Below are positions 55,737 to 64,000 of a stretch of 64,000 nucleotides of DNA, one piece after another (position 1 is the stretch's first letter; each line of letters starts with the position of its first letter). A program made the position numbers and the translations under genes. A model generated the notes under the pieces. That model was not told where the DNA came from. It was given only the letters and a program-made list of their open reading frames with translations, and did not search any database. The stretch spans positions 63,380-127,379 of the forward strand of contig JAVVEH010000005.1 of NCBI GenBank assembly GCA_032251435.1. Reading direction: 5' to 3'. The stretch comes from Lentisphaeria bacterium. GTDB lineage: Bacteria; Verrucomicrobiota; Lentisphaeria; Oligosphaerales; MVZH01.

Positions 55737-56381
55737 ATGGTTAATATCCACACCTTTATCCATTCTTCAATCTTTCTTATCATCCTTCTGCCGCTTTCCG
55801 GCTGTTTTGAGATGGAACAAATTATTGAACTGGAGGAGAATGGCGGGATGCGCTTCGCGCTCCATTACGCCATCCCGGAGACCCACACGGCCGCGTTCAC
55901 TCAATTTCACCAAGCCACGCGTCAGTGGCAAGGGGAGAATCCGAATGACACGTGGCTGTTAAACAAACAAGCGGTTCACCGGCAATTTCCCAAACCCATG
56001 TTTGAGTCGACCGACTATCAGGTCTACAGCAAAGCGGGAAAAAAGCATATTCGTATCGCCGGGACGGCCAAGTCGGCCTCCAGCGCGTTGCTCAGCGGAG
56101 CGGTGGGTGATTTCAAGCTGGAAACCTTGGAAAACGGTGACCAGCGTCTCGAATTGGCGCTCCCGACGCTTAGTCAATCCGCCTCATTGAGCGCGGAAGA
56201 GCGACAAGCGCTATTGAAAGCCGCCGAGGGATTGTCTGTGAAGCTAATCATCCAGACACCGGCGGCGGTTAAAACCACCAATGGCCAAAAGAACGGAGAA
56301 AAAAAAGTGACGTGGACCTTCGGGCCCGGGCAGGCCGCGGATCCCGGCCAGCTTCCCCCCAGCCTTTTCGTCACCTATTGA
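55737..56381 (+). CDS. Hypothetical lipoprotein
   Basis: Signal peptide with lipobox: MVNIHTFIHSSIFLIILLPLSGC. The mature part is not recognised. Confidence 0.6.
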   Translation: MVNIHTFIHSSIFLIILLPLSGCFEMEQIIELEENGGMRFALHYAIPETHTAAFTQFHQATRQWQGENPNDTWLLNKQAVHRQFPKPMFESTDYQVYSKAGKKHIRIAGTAKSASSALLSGAVGDFKLETLENGDQRLELALPTLSQSASLSAEERQALLKAAEGLSVKLIIQTPAAVKTTNGQKNGEKKVTWTFGPGQAADPGQLPPSLFVTY

Positions 56382-56490
56382 CAACGCCACACGTGCCAGG
56401 AACATGCCGACGGTGGCGCGACTCCGGGACATGACAGTCTCTGTCACGAGCGCGGAGACAACGGGAAGAAAATTCACCGAAGTACGGGGC

Positions 56491-57117
56491 TTACTTCTGA
56501 TTGACGAAAACGACATGCGGCACATCGATCCCCTGGCCGTTCCACTTTAATTCAAAGCCGGTCTTGATATCCGCGATATCCGCGATCGCCTTTCCCGTGG
56601 AATCCAACTTTAAAAGCGGCGCGCCGGCGGCGGCCTCCAGCATGAAGTCATAATAGTCCGCGTCGTCAGTGGCCAGATGCAGACCCCCTCCCGGCTTGAG
56701 GACACGGACCACCCGGCGCATGAAATCAGCATTGAGCAATCGCCGCGCCTGATGCCGTCTTTTCGGCCATGGATCAGGACAGACAACGTGAATGCGGTCT
56801 ACCGATGACGGCGGCAATTGGTAAGCGGTCAAATCCAGACTATTGGCCCGGACCACTTCAAGATTAGCCAGCCCCTCACGGCGGGCCGTGGCCAGAACCT
56901 TCCGCAGCCGCCCCATCATCACGTCACAAGCCACGATCAGCCGATCTGGAAAACGGCGGGCCATTTCCACGGCCAAAGCCCCTTTGCCGCAGCCTAAATC
57001 CATTTCGACCGCGCAGGCGCCACGCCGGCCAAAGGCCGGGTCAATCACTTGCCACCGATTGGTGAGTATATGAACGCCCTCGTTCAGGGCCCGCGTTTTT
57101 TCCGAGATGACAGACAT
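56491..57117 (-). CDS. trmB: tRNA (guanine-N7)-methyltransferase
   Basis: 208 aa. MDLGCGKGALAVEMARRFP (SAM motif) and VVCPDPWPKRRHQARRLL (TrmB signature). Confidence 0.85.
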   Translation of the reverse strand: MSVISEKTRALNEGVHILTNRWQVIDPAFGRRGACAVEMDLGCGKGALAVEMARRFPDRLIVACDVMMGRLRKVLATARREGLANLEVVRANSLDLTAYQLPPSSVDRIHVVCPDPWPKRRHQARRLLNADFMRRVVRVLKPGGGLHLATDDADYYDFMLEAAAGAPLLKLDSTGKAIADIADIKTGFELKWNGQGIDVPHVVFVNQK

Positions 57118-57123
57118 ATCCTC

Positions 57124-58299
57124 TCAAAGTTCTTTCAAGAACTCATCAATACGGCTCATCGCCGTCTCGATTTCTTCAAGACTGGTCGCATAAGAACACC
57201 GCGCGTGTCCTTCCCCGCACGGCCCGAAGGCGGTGCCGGGCACGACAGCGACACGCTTCTCGGCCAATAAACGCATGGCGAAATCATACGCGCTCAAACC
57301 GGTTTTCTCGATGCTGGGAAACACATAAAAGGCGCCTTCCGGCAGGCGGCACGTCAAGCCCATCTCGTTTAATCGTTTGGTGATGACATTGCGCCGTTGG
57401 CGGTACTCCTCGCGCATGATTTCCATTTCCGAAAACGCCCCCGTGAACGCTTCCAAAGCCGCTTCCTGAGCGAATCCGCAGGCGCATAACATCGAGTATT
57501 GATGGATCTTCATCATCGCCTCGATCACATCCCGGGGACCGCACGCGTAACCAATCCGGTAGCCGGTCATGGCATACGCCTTGCTGAAGCCATGGAGGAA
57601 CACCGTCCGGTCCTCCATGCCGGGAACAGTGGCGATTGAAGGGCTGGGCGCCGCATAGGTTAATTCCACATAGATCTCATCGCTCACCACCACCAGATCA
57701 TGTTTCATCGCGATGGCGGCGATCGCCACCTTGTCGTCCCAGCTCAAATTCCCACCGGTGGGATTATTGGGGTAATTAAGCAATAAGACTTTTGTTTTCG
57801 GCGTGACAGCCGCTTCTATTTGCTCTGGCTGAATGCGGAAGCCCTGTTCCGCCGTGGTCGCCACAGCCACCGGCACCGCGTGCGCCATTTTGATCGACGG
57901 CATATAAGAGACATAGCAGGGTTCATGATAAATCACTTCATCGCCGGGATTCAACAACGCCCGCAACACCAAATCCAGTGCTTCGCTGACCCCCACCGTG
58001 ATGATGCACTCGGTCTCAGGGTTGAATGACGGGCCGAAATGGTCCGCCACATATCGGCAACACGCTTGCCGCAGAGCCAACATGCCAAGATTGGACGTGT
58101 AATTTGTATGCCCCTTATCCAGCGCGTAGATCGTGGCTTCCCGTATCCGCCAGGGCGTGACGAAATCCGGCTCGCCGATACCCAGGGATATCACATCATC
58201 CATCGTGCAGACAATATCGAAAAAATCACGGATGCCGCTGCGCGGCAAGGCGCTGATATGAGCGGCGACGCGGTCACGGGGAAACTTTAAGTCGCGCAT
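57124..58299 (-). CDS. Class I/II pyridoxal-phosphate aminotransferase (aspartate/aromatic type)
   Basis: 391 aa. NPNNPTG and the PLP-lysine motif GFSKAYAMTGYRIGY. The upstream Lrp/AsnC gene overlaps by 26 nt. Confidence 0.9.
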   Translation of the reverse strand: MRDLKFPRDRVAAHISALPRSGIRDFFDIVCTMDDVISLGIGEPDFVTPWRIREATIYALDKGHTNYTSNLGMLALRQACCRYVADHFGPSFNPETECIITVGVSEALDLVLRALLNPGDEVIYHEPCYVSYMPSIKMAHAVPVAVATTAEQGFRIQPEQIEAAVTPKTKVLLLNYPNNPTGGNLSWDDKVAIAAIAMKHDLVVVSDEIYVELTYAAPSPSIATVPGMEDRTVFLHGFSKAYAMTGYRIGYACGPRDVIEAMMKIHQYSMLCACGFAQEAALEAFTGAFSEMEIMREEYRQRRNVITKRLNEMGLTCRLPEGAFYVFPSIEKTGLSAYDFAMRLLAEKRVAVVPGTAFGPCGEGHARCSYATSLEEIETAMSRIDEFLKEL

Positions 58300-58771
58300 A
58301 CTCCTCCTCCTTATCCAGCATGAAACCCGCTTCCTTATACTTCTTCAACAGGAAATGCGTGGCGGTGGACTTCACCCCGTCAATAGGGGCCAGTTTACTG
58401 GCCACGAAAAAAGCGATTTCCCGCAGGGACTGCCCCGTGATTTCCAAACGCAGATCATATCGGCCGCTGACTAGATAGACGGCTTGAACTTCCCGGAACC
58501 GACCGATAGTCCTCGCCACCCGGTCAAAGCCGCCATCCCGTTCCGGTTGGACTTCCACTTCAATAATGGCCCGGGTCTCATCATCATCCATCGCGTCGGT
58601 GTTGACCATCGCGCAATAACCGAGGATTGTCCCGTCGCGCTCCATGGCGGTGACCAACGAGGTGACTTCGGCCTCTTGCATGGACAATCGGTCAGCGATT
58701 TCCCTGGCGCTCATACGGGCGTTCGACTGGAGTAGCTTGACAATCGCATGTCTCATTTCATTCGTTTCCAT
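58274..58771 (-). CDS. Lrp/AsnC-family transcriptional regulator
   Basis: 165 aa. HTH (ARMSAREIADRLSMQEAEVTSLVTAMERDG) and a C-terminal RAM/AsnC_trans_reg domain. Confidence 0.85.
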   Translation of the reverse strand: METNEMRHAIVKLLQSNARMSAREIADRLSMQEAEVTSLVTAMERDGTILGYCAMVNTDAMDDDETRAIIEVEVQPERDGGFDRVARTIGRFREVQAVYLVSGRYDLRLEITGQSLREIAFFVASKLAPIDGVKSTATHFLLKKYKEAGFMLDKEEEYARLKVSP

Positions 58772-58863
58772 CGCCTACCTCAATGGGGCTGTTCAATCAT
58801 ATACGCCGCGATTACCGCCCAAACCGGGCTCGATGTCCGCGGAAAACGTGTCTGTCCCCGCGC

Positions 58864-59439
58864 CTATGGGGCGGGAATGGTTAATTTTTGATTCACCCGA
58901 ATCATGTCATCGGTCAGATTATTCGCTTGCTTCAAGGCGGTCACGGAAACACCGAAAGCCTTCGCGATGGTGCTGAGCGTGTCACCAGCCACCACCGTGT
59001 AAACGCCTTGAGTGGCACCGGCGCTCACGGCCCCGCCAGTGGTTCCGCCGCCAGTCTGCCCCCCTCCACCCACCCGGGAAATTTCTTGCGAGACAGACCG
59101 GATCAACTCAGCCATCGCCAGTTCACGGGCTTTCCGTTCTTGGGCGATTTGGTTTTGCAGTGCCTGCACATCGGCTTTCGTCGCCAGGCCGGTCCGGGAC
59201 TGCGCCGCGTTGGCGGCGCTTTTCTCTTCCACAGCCTGAAGACGCTGAATAATCGCTTCCGTGACTTGTTTATTTTGCTCAAGCAGTCCCACAATGCGGT
59301 CATGCTCTTCAATCACTTGCTGTAAGCCGGCTTTTAACCGGGCGACATCATAGGCGCTGGCGGGTTGTGACTGTTGCGCGGACACCGCCAACCCTGAAAA
59401 TAAAACCACCATGACACATTTTTTCGCGGGCGCCATCAT
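58864..59439 (-). CDS. Secreted LysM-domain protein with coiled-coil region
   Basis: Signal peptide, a Gln/Ala-rich heptad region, a Gly-rich linker, and a C-terminal LysM domain YTVVAGDTLSTIAKAFGVSVTALKQANNL..IRVNQKLTIP. Confidence 0.8.
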   Translation of the reverse strand: MMAPAKKCVMVVLFSGLAVSAQQSQPASAYDVARLKAGLQQVIEEHDRIVGLLEQNKQVTEAIIQRLQAVEEKSAANAAQSRTGLATKADVQALQNQIAQERKARELAMAELIRSVSQEISRVGGGGQTGGGTTGGAVSAGATQGVYTVVAGDTLSTIAKAFGVSVTALKQANNLTDDMIRVNQKLTIPAP

Positions 59440-59511
59440 TCAACACCTCCATGACGGGCTATATTGGCCACCTGTTCAATCTTGATAAATAATCACATAG
59501 TGTAATCCGAT

Positions 59512-60801
59512 TTGTCGAAAACGAAAGACACAACTCCAATAAAAAGCCGGGACAATTCCGCCCCCGCTCCCGTCTTTGCCGCCGCGTTGGACATTCTGTC
59601 ACGCTGGCGGCAGGGGGCGGCGATGAACAGCCTTGACTTTCCCCCCGGTTGCCGCCGTCTCCTCACGGATCTGTTCGCTCATCTGTTCCGCCGCCTGGCG
59701 GTGATCGACTGGATGATCGACCAACGCTTGAACAATCGGAAAATCAAGCCCAGACTGCGGGACATAATCCGTCTGGGCCTTTGCTCCGCGCTCTTTCAGG
59801 ACGGCCTGCACGAGGGTGTCGCTGTGGACATGTGTGTCCGTTTGGCGAAGAAAAAAGGCGGGCCCCAGGTGGGCGGTTTAGTCAACGCCATTCTACGGGA
59901 AGCGTTGCGTCAAGGTCTTCCTCCATCCGGCATGCCGGGTCTTCCTGTCCACGTTTCACTGAATCTCAGCCCAGCCCTCCACGCCGCCTGGAGCCGATGG
60001 ATGTCGCCGGAGCAATTGACTGAGATGTGCCATTGGATTGATCAACCCGCGCCGCTGGTGGTCCGGGCCCGGACCGCTTGTCCTGACCCGCTGCCGCCGG
60101 ACTTTCACGGCATTCTCACGCCACTTCAGTCACCGGAATGGGCCCGGGATCACCGTTTATGGACATGTGACGCCCCGGGCGCCTTTTTCAGCCACCCCTT
60201 GTTTCGCCAGGGCGCCTTTTATGTTCAAGATCCCTCAACCCTTTTAGCGCCGTCGTTTCTGGAGATGAAATCCGGGGGTGTCATTGGAGACTTCTGCGCC
60301 GCGCCGGGAGGAAAAACGCTTTTGCTGGCTGAACGGCTCCCCGCCGGCGCCCGTCTGCTGGCCGCCGACCGCTCATGGAAACGCATGGATAAATTAACCA
60401 TGAATCTATCCGGAACATCCGCGGAGATTCACCTGCTCGTGGCCGACGCGGCCGCCCTGCCCCTGCCTTTGGACTCAATGGACGCGGCGCTTCTGGATGT
60501 TCCCTGCTCAAACACCGGAGTCATCCGCCGCCGTCCCGACGCCCGGTGGCGGTTTTCACAAGCCGGGTTAAGCGATATCGTCGAGCTGCAAAAGAACATT
60601 TTGACGGGCGCCGCCAGGCATGTCAAGCCGGGGGGCCAATTGGTTTACAGCACATGCAGCATAGAACCGGATGAGAACACCCGGCAAATTCACGCTTTTT
60701 TAACGGCTAATCCCACCTGGTCCCTGGTTCAGGAACAGCAACTTTTCCCCGCCGAAAACTGGGATGGCGCCTACGCCGCGTCACTGACGCGCCACGCCTG
60801 A
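59512..60801 (+). CDS. rsmB: 16S rRNA (cytosine-C5)-methyltransferase RsmB/Sun family
   Basis: 429 aa. NusB-like N-domain, then DFCAAPGGKT, DVPCSNTGVIRRRPD and LVYSTCS (the catalytic Cys pair). Confidence 0.85.
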   Translation: MSKTKDTTPIKSRDNSAPAPVFAAALDILSRWRQGAAMNSLDFPPGCRRLLTDLFAHLFRRLAVIDWMIDQRLNNRKIKPRLRDIIRLGLCSALFQDGLHEGVAVDMCVRLAKKKGGPQVGGLVNAILREALRQGLPPSGMPGLPVHVSLNLSPALHAAWSRWMSPEQLTEMCHWIDQPAPLVVRARTACPDPLPPDFHGILTPLQSPEWARDHRLWTCDAPGAFFSHPLFRQGAFYVQDPSTLLAPSFLEMKSGGVIGDFCAAPGGKTLLLAERLPAGARLLAADRSWKRMDKLTMNLSGTSAEIHLLVADAAALPLPLDSMDAALLDVPCSNTGVIRRRPDARWRFSQAGLSDIVELQKNILTGAARHVKPGGQLVYSTCSIEPDENTRQIHAFLTANPTWSLVQEQQLFPAENWDGAYAASLTRHA

Positions 60802-60822
60802 AACAACCCGGCGGGGAATCCC

Positions 60823-61512
60823 CTACGTCTCGACCCCGAACACGTCCGCCACGGTTCCCTTGACCCGCCATTTAAAGTTGACACCATTGAGTGTTGTTCC
60901 GTAGATCCGGGCGCGGCTGCCGCCCTGATGATAGGCCGGGCGCGGATCCAGGGCGAGTGTTTCAATCAATCGCTCACGCAGGCCCGGCGGAACGGCCGCC
61001 GACTCATCGAAGAAGGCTTCGACAGCCGTCCCCAACGTGACAGTCAGCCGCATGCTCGGCGCGGAGTCCGCGAAGCCGCCGACGGCGGTCGGAACAGCGT
61101 CGGCGTAAGGCACATAGGGTTTGATGTCCAGCACCGGTGTCCCATCGATCATATCCAAGCCGGACACCCGGATCTCGACAGATCCATCGACCTCCCGGAC
61201 AGTCTCAAGTTTCACAACCGACAATCCGATCGGATTAGGCCGGAAGTTGGACCGGGTGGCGAACACCCCAACCCGCTTATTGCCTCCCAACCGCGGGGGC
61301 CGCACAGTCGGCTTCCACCCCTGATCCGCCGTTTGATTAAACAGGAAAATAACCCAGAGATGACTGAAGCCGTCGATGCCCTTCCAAGCCTCCGGAAGAT
61401 TGTACGGCGGGAATAATTCAATATCACCCACGGCGGAAGGCACTAGCCCCGCCTGCCGGGGAGCCCCGAATTTTTCATTAAAACACGAGTGAATCACACC
61501 GATGGGTTTCAT
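60823..61512 (-). CDS. trmO: tRNA (t6A37-N6)-methyltransferase TrmO (TsaA/YaeB family)
   Basis: 229 aa from MKPIGVIHSCFNEKFGAPRQ (family N-terminus), plus GVFATRSNFRPNPIG. The start overlaps the MFS stop (TGATG), so the two are translationally coupled. The track start at 61581 would overlap the MFS gene by 70 nt. Confidence 0.85.
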   Translation of the reverse strand: MKPIGVIHSCFNEKFGAPRQAGLVPSAVGDIELFPPYNLPEAWKGIDGFSHLWVIFLFNQTADQGWKPTVRPPRLGGNKRVGVFATRSNFRPNPIGLSVVKLETVREVDGSVEIRVSGLDMIDGTPVLDIKPYVPYADAVPTAVGGFADSAPSMRLTVTLGTAVEAFFDESAAVPPGLRERLIETLALDPRPAYHQGGSRARIYGTTLNGVNFKWRVKGTVADVFGVET

Positions 61513-62783
61513 CACAGGGGGTCCTCGTCCGCGCCGGCGAGAGCGCCAAACGTCCGCAAACCGGGAAATAATTTGGCCCATCCCAATACGATCAGGACGG
61601 TGCCGACACCACCGCTGACCACTGACACAACCGGACCGAACCAGTGGGCGGCCAGACCGGATTCAAACCCCCCTAATTCATTCGAAGAGCCGATAAAGAT
61701 GGAATTGACCGCCGACACTCTGCCCCGCATCTCATTCGGCGTGGCCAGTTGCACCAACGTGTGGCGGACAACCACACTGATATTATCAAAAAATCCGGTT
61801 AAAAACAGCATGAGCCACGACAACCAAAAATTCCTTGACAGGCCGAACACAATCGTCGCCACACCAAACGCGCCCACCGCCCACAGCATGGCGCGACCCG
61901 CCTTTCGCATCGGCGGCATGTGCGCCATGATCAAAGCCATGGAAATTGACCCCGCGGCCGGCGCGGCCCGCAACCACCCCAGCACTTCTTCCGGGCTCAT
62001 GCCGAAAGGCGGATCATGTAAAATATCTTTGGCGAACACCGGCAGCAGGTACACCGCGCCGCCCAAAAGAACCGCGAATAGATCCAAAGACACCGTGCCC
62101 AGAATTAATTTCCGGCGCCAGACAAAGCGGATGCCCTCCGTGACCTGAGCCAGCATATTGCCTCTGGCGCTGAGTTTTCCTTCGGGCAACGCCACGGAAA
62201 GCAGGAACAGCGTGAACCCCGTGGTTGTCACCGCGCTGAAAAGATACGCGGCGGGAATACTCATGGTGATAATGACACCACCGATTGCCGGCCCGACAAC
62301 CGCCGACAAGTGGAACAAGGTGGTGCGCCACTTCATGGCGTTTTCAAACAGTTCCCGAGGCACAAGCTGCGTCATCAACGCCGTCCGCGCCGGTCCGGTG
62401 AGCCGATGAAAGGAGGCGTCTAAAAACAACAACACGAACATCAAAGGGGTCGGTCCGTTTAAAATACTGAAACAGGCCAGAGCCAGTGATGTCAGCGTGG
62501 TGCCGACGAGACCGGCCACCATCACTTTCCGGCGGTCAAACACATCCGCGAGGTACCCCGCCGGAAGCGTCAGCAGCAACATCGGCAACGCTTGGGTCAG
62601 CCCCACCAAGCCCAAAGCCAGCGCCTGGTCCGTCCGTTGATACATTTCCCAGCCAATCGCCAGACTCTGGGCGGCCGTGCCCAGATGAACGATAAACGAT
62701 CCCAGAATAAACCACCGGAACAGTGGCGATCGAAGGGCCTCATAAGCGTCGTGTTTGGATGGAAACGCGGGTGTTTGCGGCAT
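61512..62783 (-). CDS. MFS transporter (EntS/MFS_3-like)
   Basis: 423 aa with about 12 predicted TM helices and a loop 2-3 motif GYLADVFDRRKV. Confidence 0.8.
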   Translation of the reverse strand: MPQTPAFPSKHDAYEALRSPLFRWFILGSFIVHLGTAAQSLAIGWEMYQRTDQALALGLVGLTQALPMLLLTLPAGYLADVFDRRKVMVAGLVGTTLTSLALACFSILNGPTPLMFVLLFLDASFHRLTGPARTALMTQLVPRELFENAMKWRTTLFHLSAVVGPAIGGVIITMSIPAAYLFSAVTTTGFTLFLLSVALPEGKLSARGNMLAQVTEGIRFVWRRKLILGTVSLDLFAVLLGGAVYLLPVFAKDILHDPPFGMSPEEVLGWLRAAPAAGSISMALIMAHMPPMRKAGRAMLWAVGAFGVATIVFGLSRNFWLSWLMLFLTGFFDNISVVVRHTLVQLATPNEMRGRVSAVNSIFIGSSNELGGFESGLAAHWFGPVVSVVSGGVGTVLIVLGWAKLFPGLRTFGALAGADEDPL

Positions 62784-62857
62784 AAAAAAGTGTGCTCAAA
62801 CCCGGGAACGCGCGGCGGGGCGGGCCGATTCCGCGCGTTCACGGGACGGGTTTCGTA

Positions 62858-63892
62858 TTACCTGTAAATAGCCTTCAGGGCGCGGTTCTCGTCAGCGCTC
62901 TTACAGGCCAAGTCAAGAATGTGAATCGGGCGGCGGGACCATTCCGGAGTGATGATCAACTCCTCATCCCCGCAGAGATGATCGGCGATATTCTGGTAGT
63001 ACTTCCATCCTTCAGACGGTGGATTTTTTCCACTGGCGACCGTTTTCACGTCATCCGCATGACTGTAAAGGGTCCAATTGCCTCCATCAAACACATAGGT
63101 GCCGGTGGTGCCGGTGATTTCCAACTGGCCTTCTTTGCCTTTGCTGTCGATCGTGCTGATCGTCAAGTTCAGCCACTGCCCGTTGGACAGGCGGACAACC
63201 GCGAAGCCTTCGTCTTCATTGGCGCCCGCGCCCCATTGGGTTTGCGGGCCCCAATACCCTTTTTTGGCGAACCCGGAAATTTCCACAATGTCCCCATCCA
63301 GGAGCTGCAGGGAATATTCAAGCAGATGGACACCCCAGTCATAAAGAATTCCACCGGAGATTTCCTTGCTTGTCCGCCACCAGTCCCTCGGTTTGCCATG
63401 GTTGCCCATATGGGCTTCAATCCGAATGATGTCACCGATGACTTTTTTCTCTTTAATTTGCTCAACAGCCCGCAGGATACAACCGTCCCAGTGCCGGTTA
63501 TGATAGGTGGAAAGAACAACGCCCGCCGCCTTGGCCGCGGCGATCATCGCGTCACATTCCTCGGTGGTTATCGCCAATGGTTTTTCACAAACCACATGGC
63601 GGCCGGCTTTCAAGCATTTTATGGCGATGTCAGCATGGGTGTTATGAGGGGTGATAATAGCGATGAGTTGAACATCCGACTTTTCCAGCATATCGTCCAC
63701 GGATCCATACGTTTCAATCCCGGGAAAATCCGCTTCAGCCACCGTTAAACGCTCAGGATCGATTTCAGTGACCGCTTTAGGGGTCATGCCCGCCTGCGCC
63801 ATTTGGGCAAGGTGGCCTTTTCCCATGTTAAAGGCGCCACCGTAGCCCACAACACCAACCGCGATATCACTGGCTTTTGAATACATTTTCAT
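62858..63892 (-). CDS. Gfo/Idh/MocA-family NAD(P)-dependent oxidoreductase
   Basis: 344 aa. N-terminal Rossmann fold (VGVVGYGGAFNMGKGH) and EKPLA catalytic-loop motif (VVCEKPLAIT). Confidence 0.85.
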   Translation of the reverse strand: MKMYSKASDIAVGVVGYGGAFNMGKGHLAQMAQAGMTPKAVTEIDPERLTVAEADFPGIETYGSVDDMLEKSDVQLIAIITPHNTHADIAIKCLKAGRHVVCEKPLAITTEECDAMIAAAKAAGVVLSTYHNRHWDGCILRAVEQIKEKKVIGDIIRIEAHMGNHGKPRDWWRTSKEISGGILYDWGVHLLEYSLQLLDGDIVEISGFAKKGYWGPQTQWGAGANEDEGFAVVRLSNGQWLNLTISTIDSKGKEGQLEITGTTGTYVFDGGNWTLYSHADDVKTVASGKNPPSEGWKYYQNIADHLCGDEELIITPEWSRRPIHILDLACKSADENRALKAIYR

Positions 63893-64000
63893 GCTGTTTC
63901 CCTATTTTTTTTTCCGGGCCGGAGCACTAACCTATACCATATGACTAAACCCGATGTGACCAAAACAACGGCTGTCACTTTAAACAACCTGAAAAGCATT

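Noticed and set aside
27034-63748. Other long antisense ORFs (27034-27843, 37958-38806, 40444-41409, 43955-44932, 47389-48402, 54516-55556, 62792-63748 and many of 60-200 aa)
   Set aside because: Each overlaps a confidently identified gene on the opposite strand (exbB/nnr, aclA, sensor kinase, esterase, PHP-GT4, mnmA, Gfo oxidoreductase). None has family-like sequence.
1-64000. CRISPR arrays, rRNA, retron/DGR-type reverse transcriptases, toxin-antitoxin pairs and recognised defence systems
   Set aside because: No spaced direct-repeat array appears in any intergenic region I read. No ORF shows RT, Cas, nuclease-NTPase or TA-like motifs. The largest non-coding gaps (about 350-540 nt) are explained by divergent promoters and terminators.

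Overview
This is a chromosomal window, mostly housekeeping and central metabolism, from a GC-rich (by eye, not computed) diderm anaerobe. The gene content includes a sulfatase, a sialate O-acetylesterase, GH130, esterases, a trimeric [FeFe]-hydrogenase, PPDK, ExbB/ExbD/TonB-like genes and an AsmA-like protein. That mix suggests a PVC-type (Kiritimatiellota/Verrucomicrobiota/Lentisphaerota-like) glycan fermenter, but this taxonomic guess is inference only. I call about 55 protein genes, one tRNA-Val(UAC), three decayed genes (IS transposase, DUF1016/YhcG nuclease, histidine-kinase tail), four intrinsic terminators, one promoter and one candidate preQ1-I riboswitch. The left end holds a partial guaB and the rpmH-rnpA-yidD-yidC-jag cluster. 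The middle holds hydC-hydB-hydA, ppdK, 2-oxoacid dehydrogenase E1 alpha/beta, GH130, exbB-exbD-tonB-like, yebC-nnr, rsgA and aclB-aclA. The right end holds sulfatase plus hybrid sensor kinase, two esterases, a PHP-GT4 fusion, tpx, an AsmA-like giant, mnmA, trmB, aminotransferase/Lrp, rsmB, trmO, MFS and a Gfo/Idh/MocA oxidoreductase. I found no CRISPR array, no rRNA, no intact mobile element and no recognisable defence island. I do not see a clear-cut novel multi-gene system. The best leads are a two-subunit ATP-citrate lyase in a fermentative context, a 641-aa orphan with an AceK-like kinase core coupled to GH130, a PHP-phosphoesterase/GT4 fusion, and a sphingomyelin-synthase-like PAP2_C enzyme overlapping a GT2. 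Secondary leads are a YdjI-type SPFH/GYF protein carrying C10 and C9 tracts and a preQ1-I-like leader on yhhQ. All protein calls rest on motif recognition in the supplied translations and on my own reading of the DNA. No database search or folding computation was possible.
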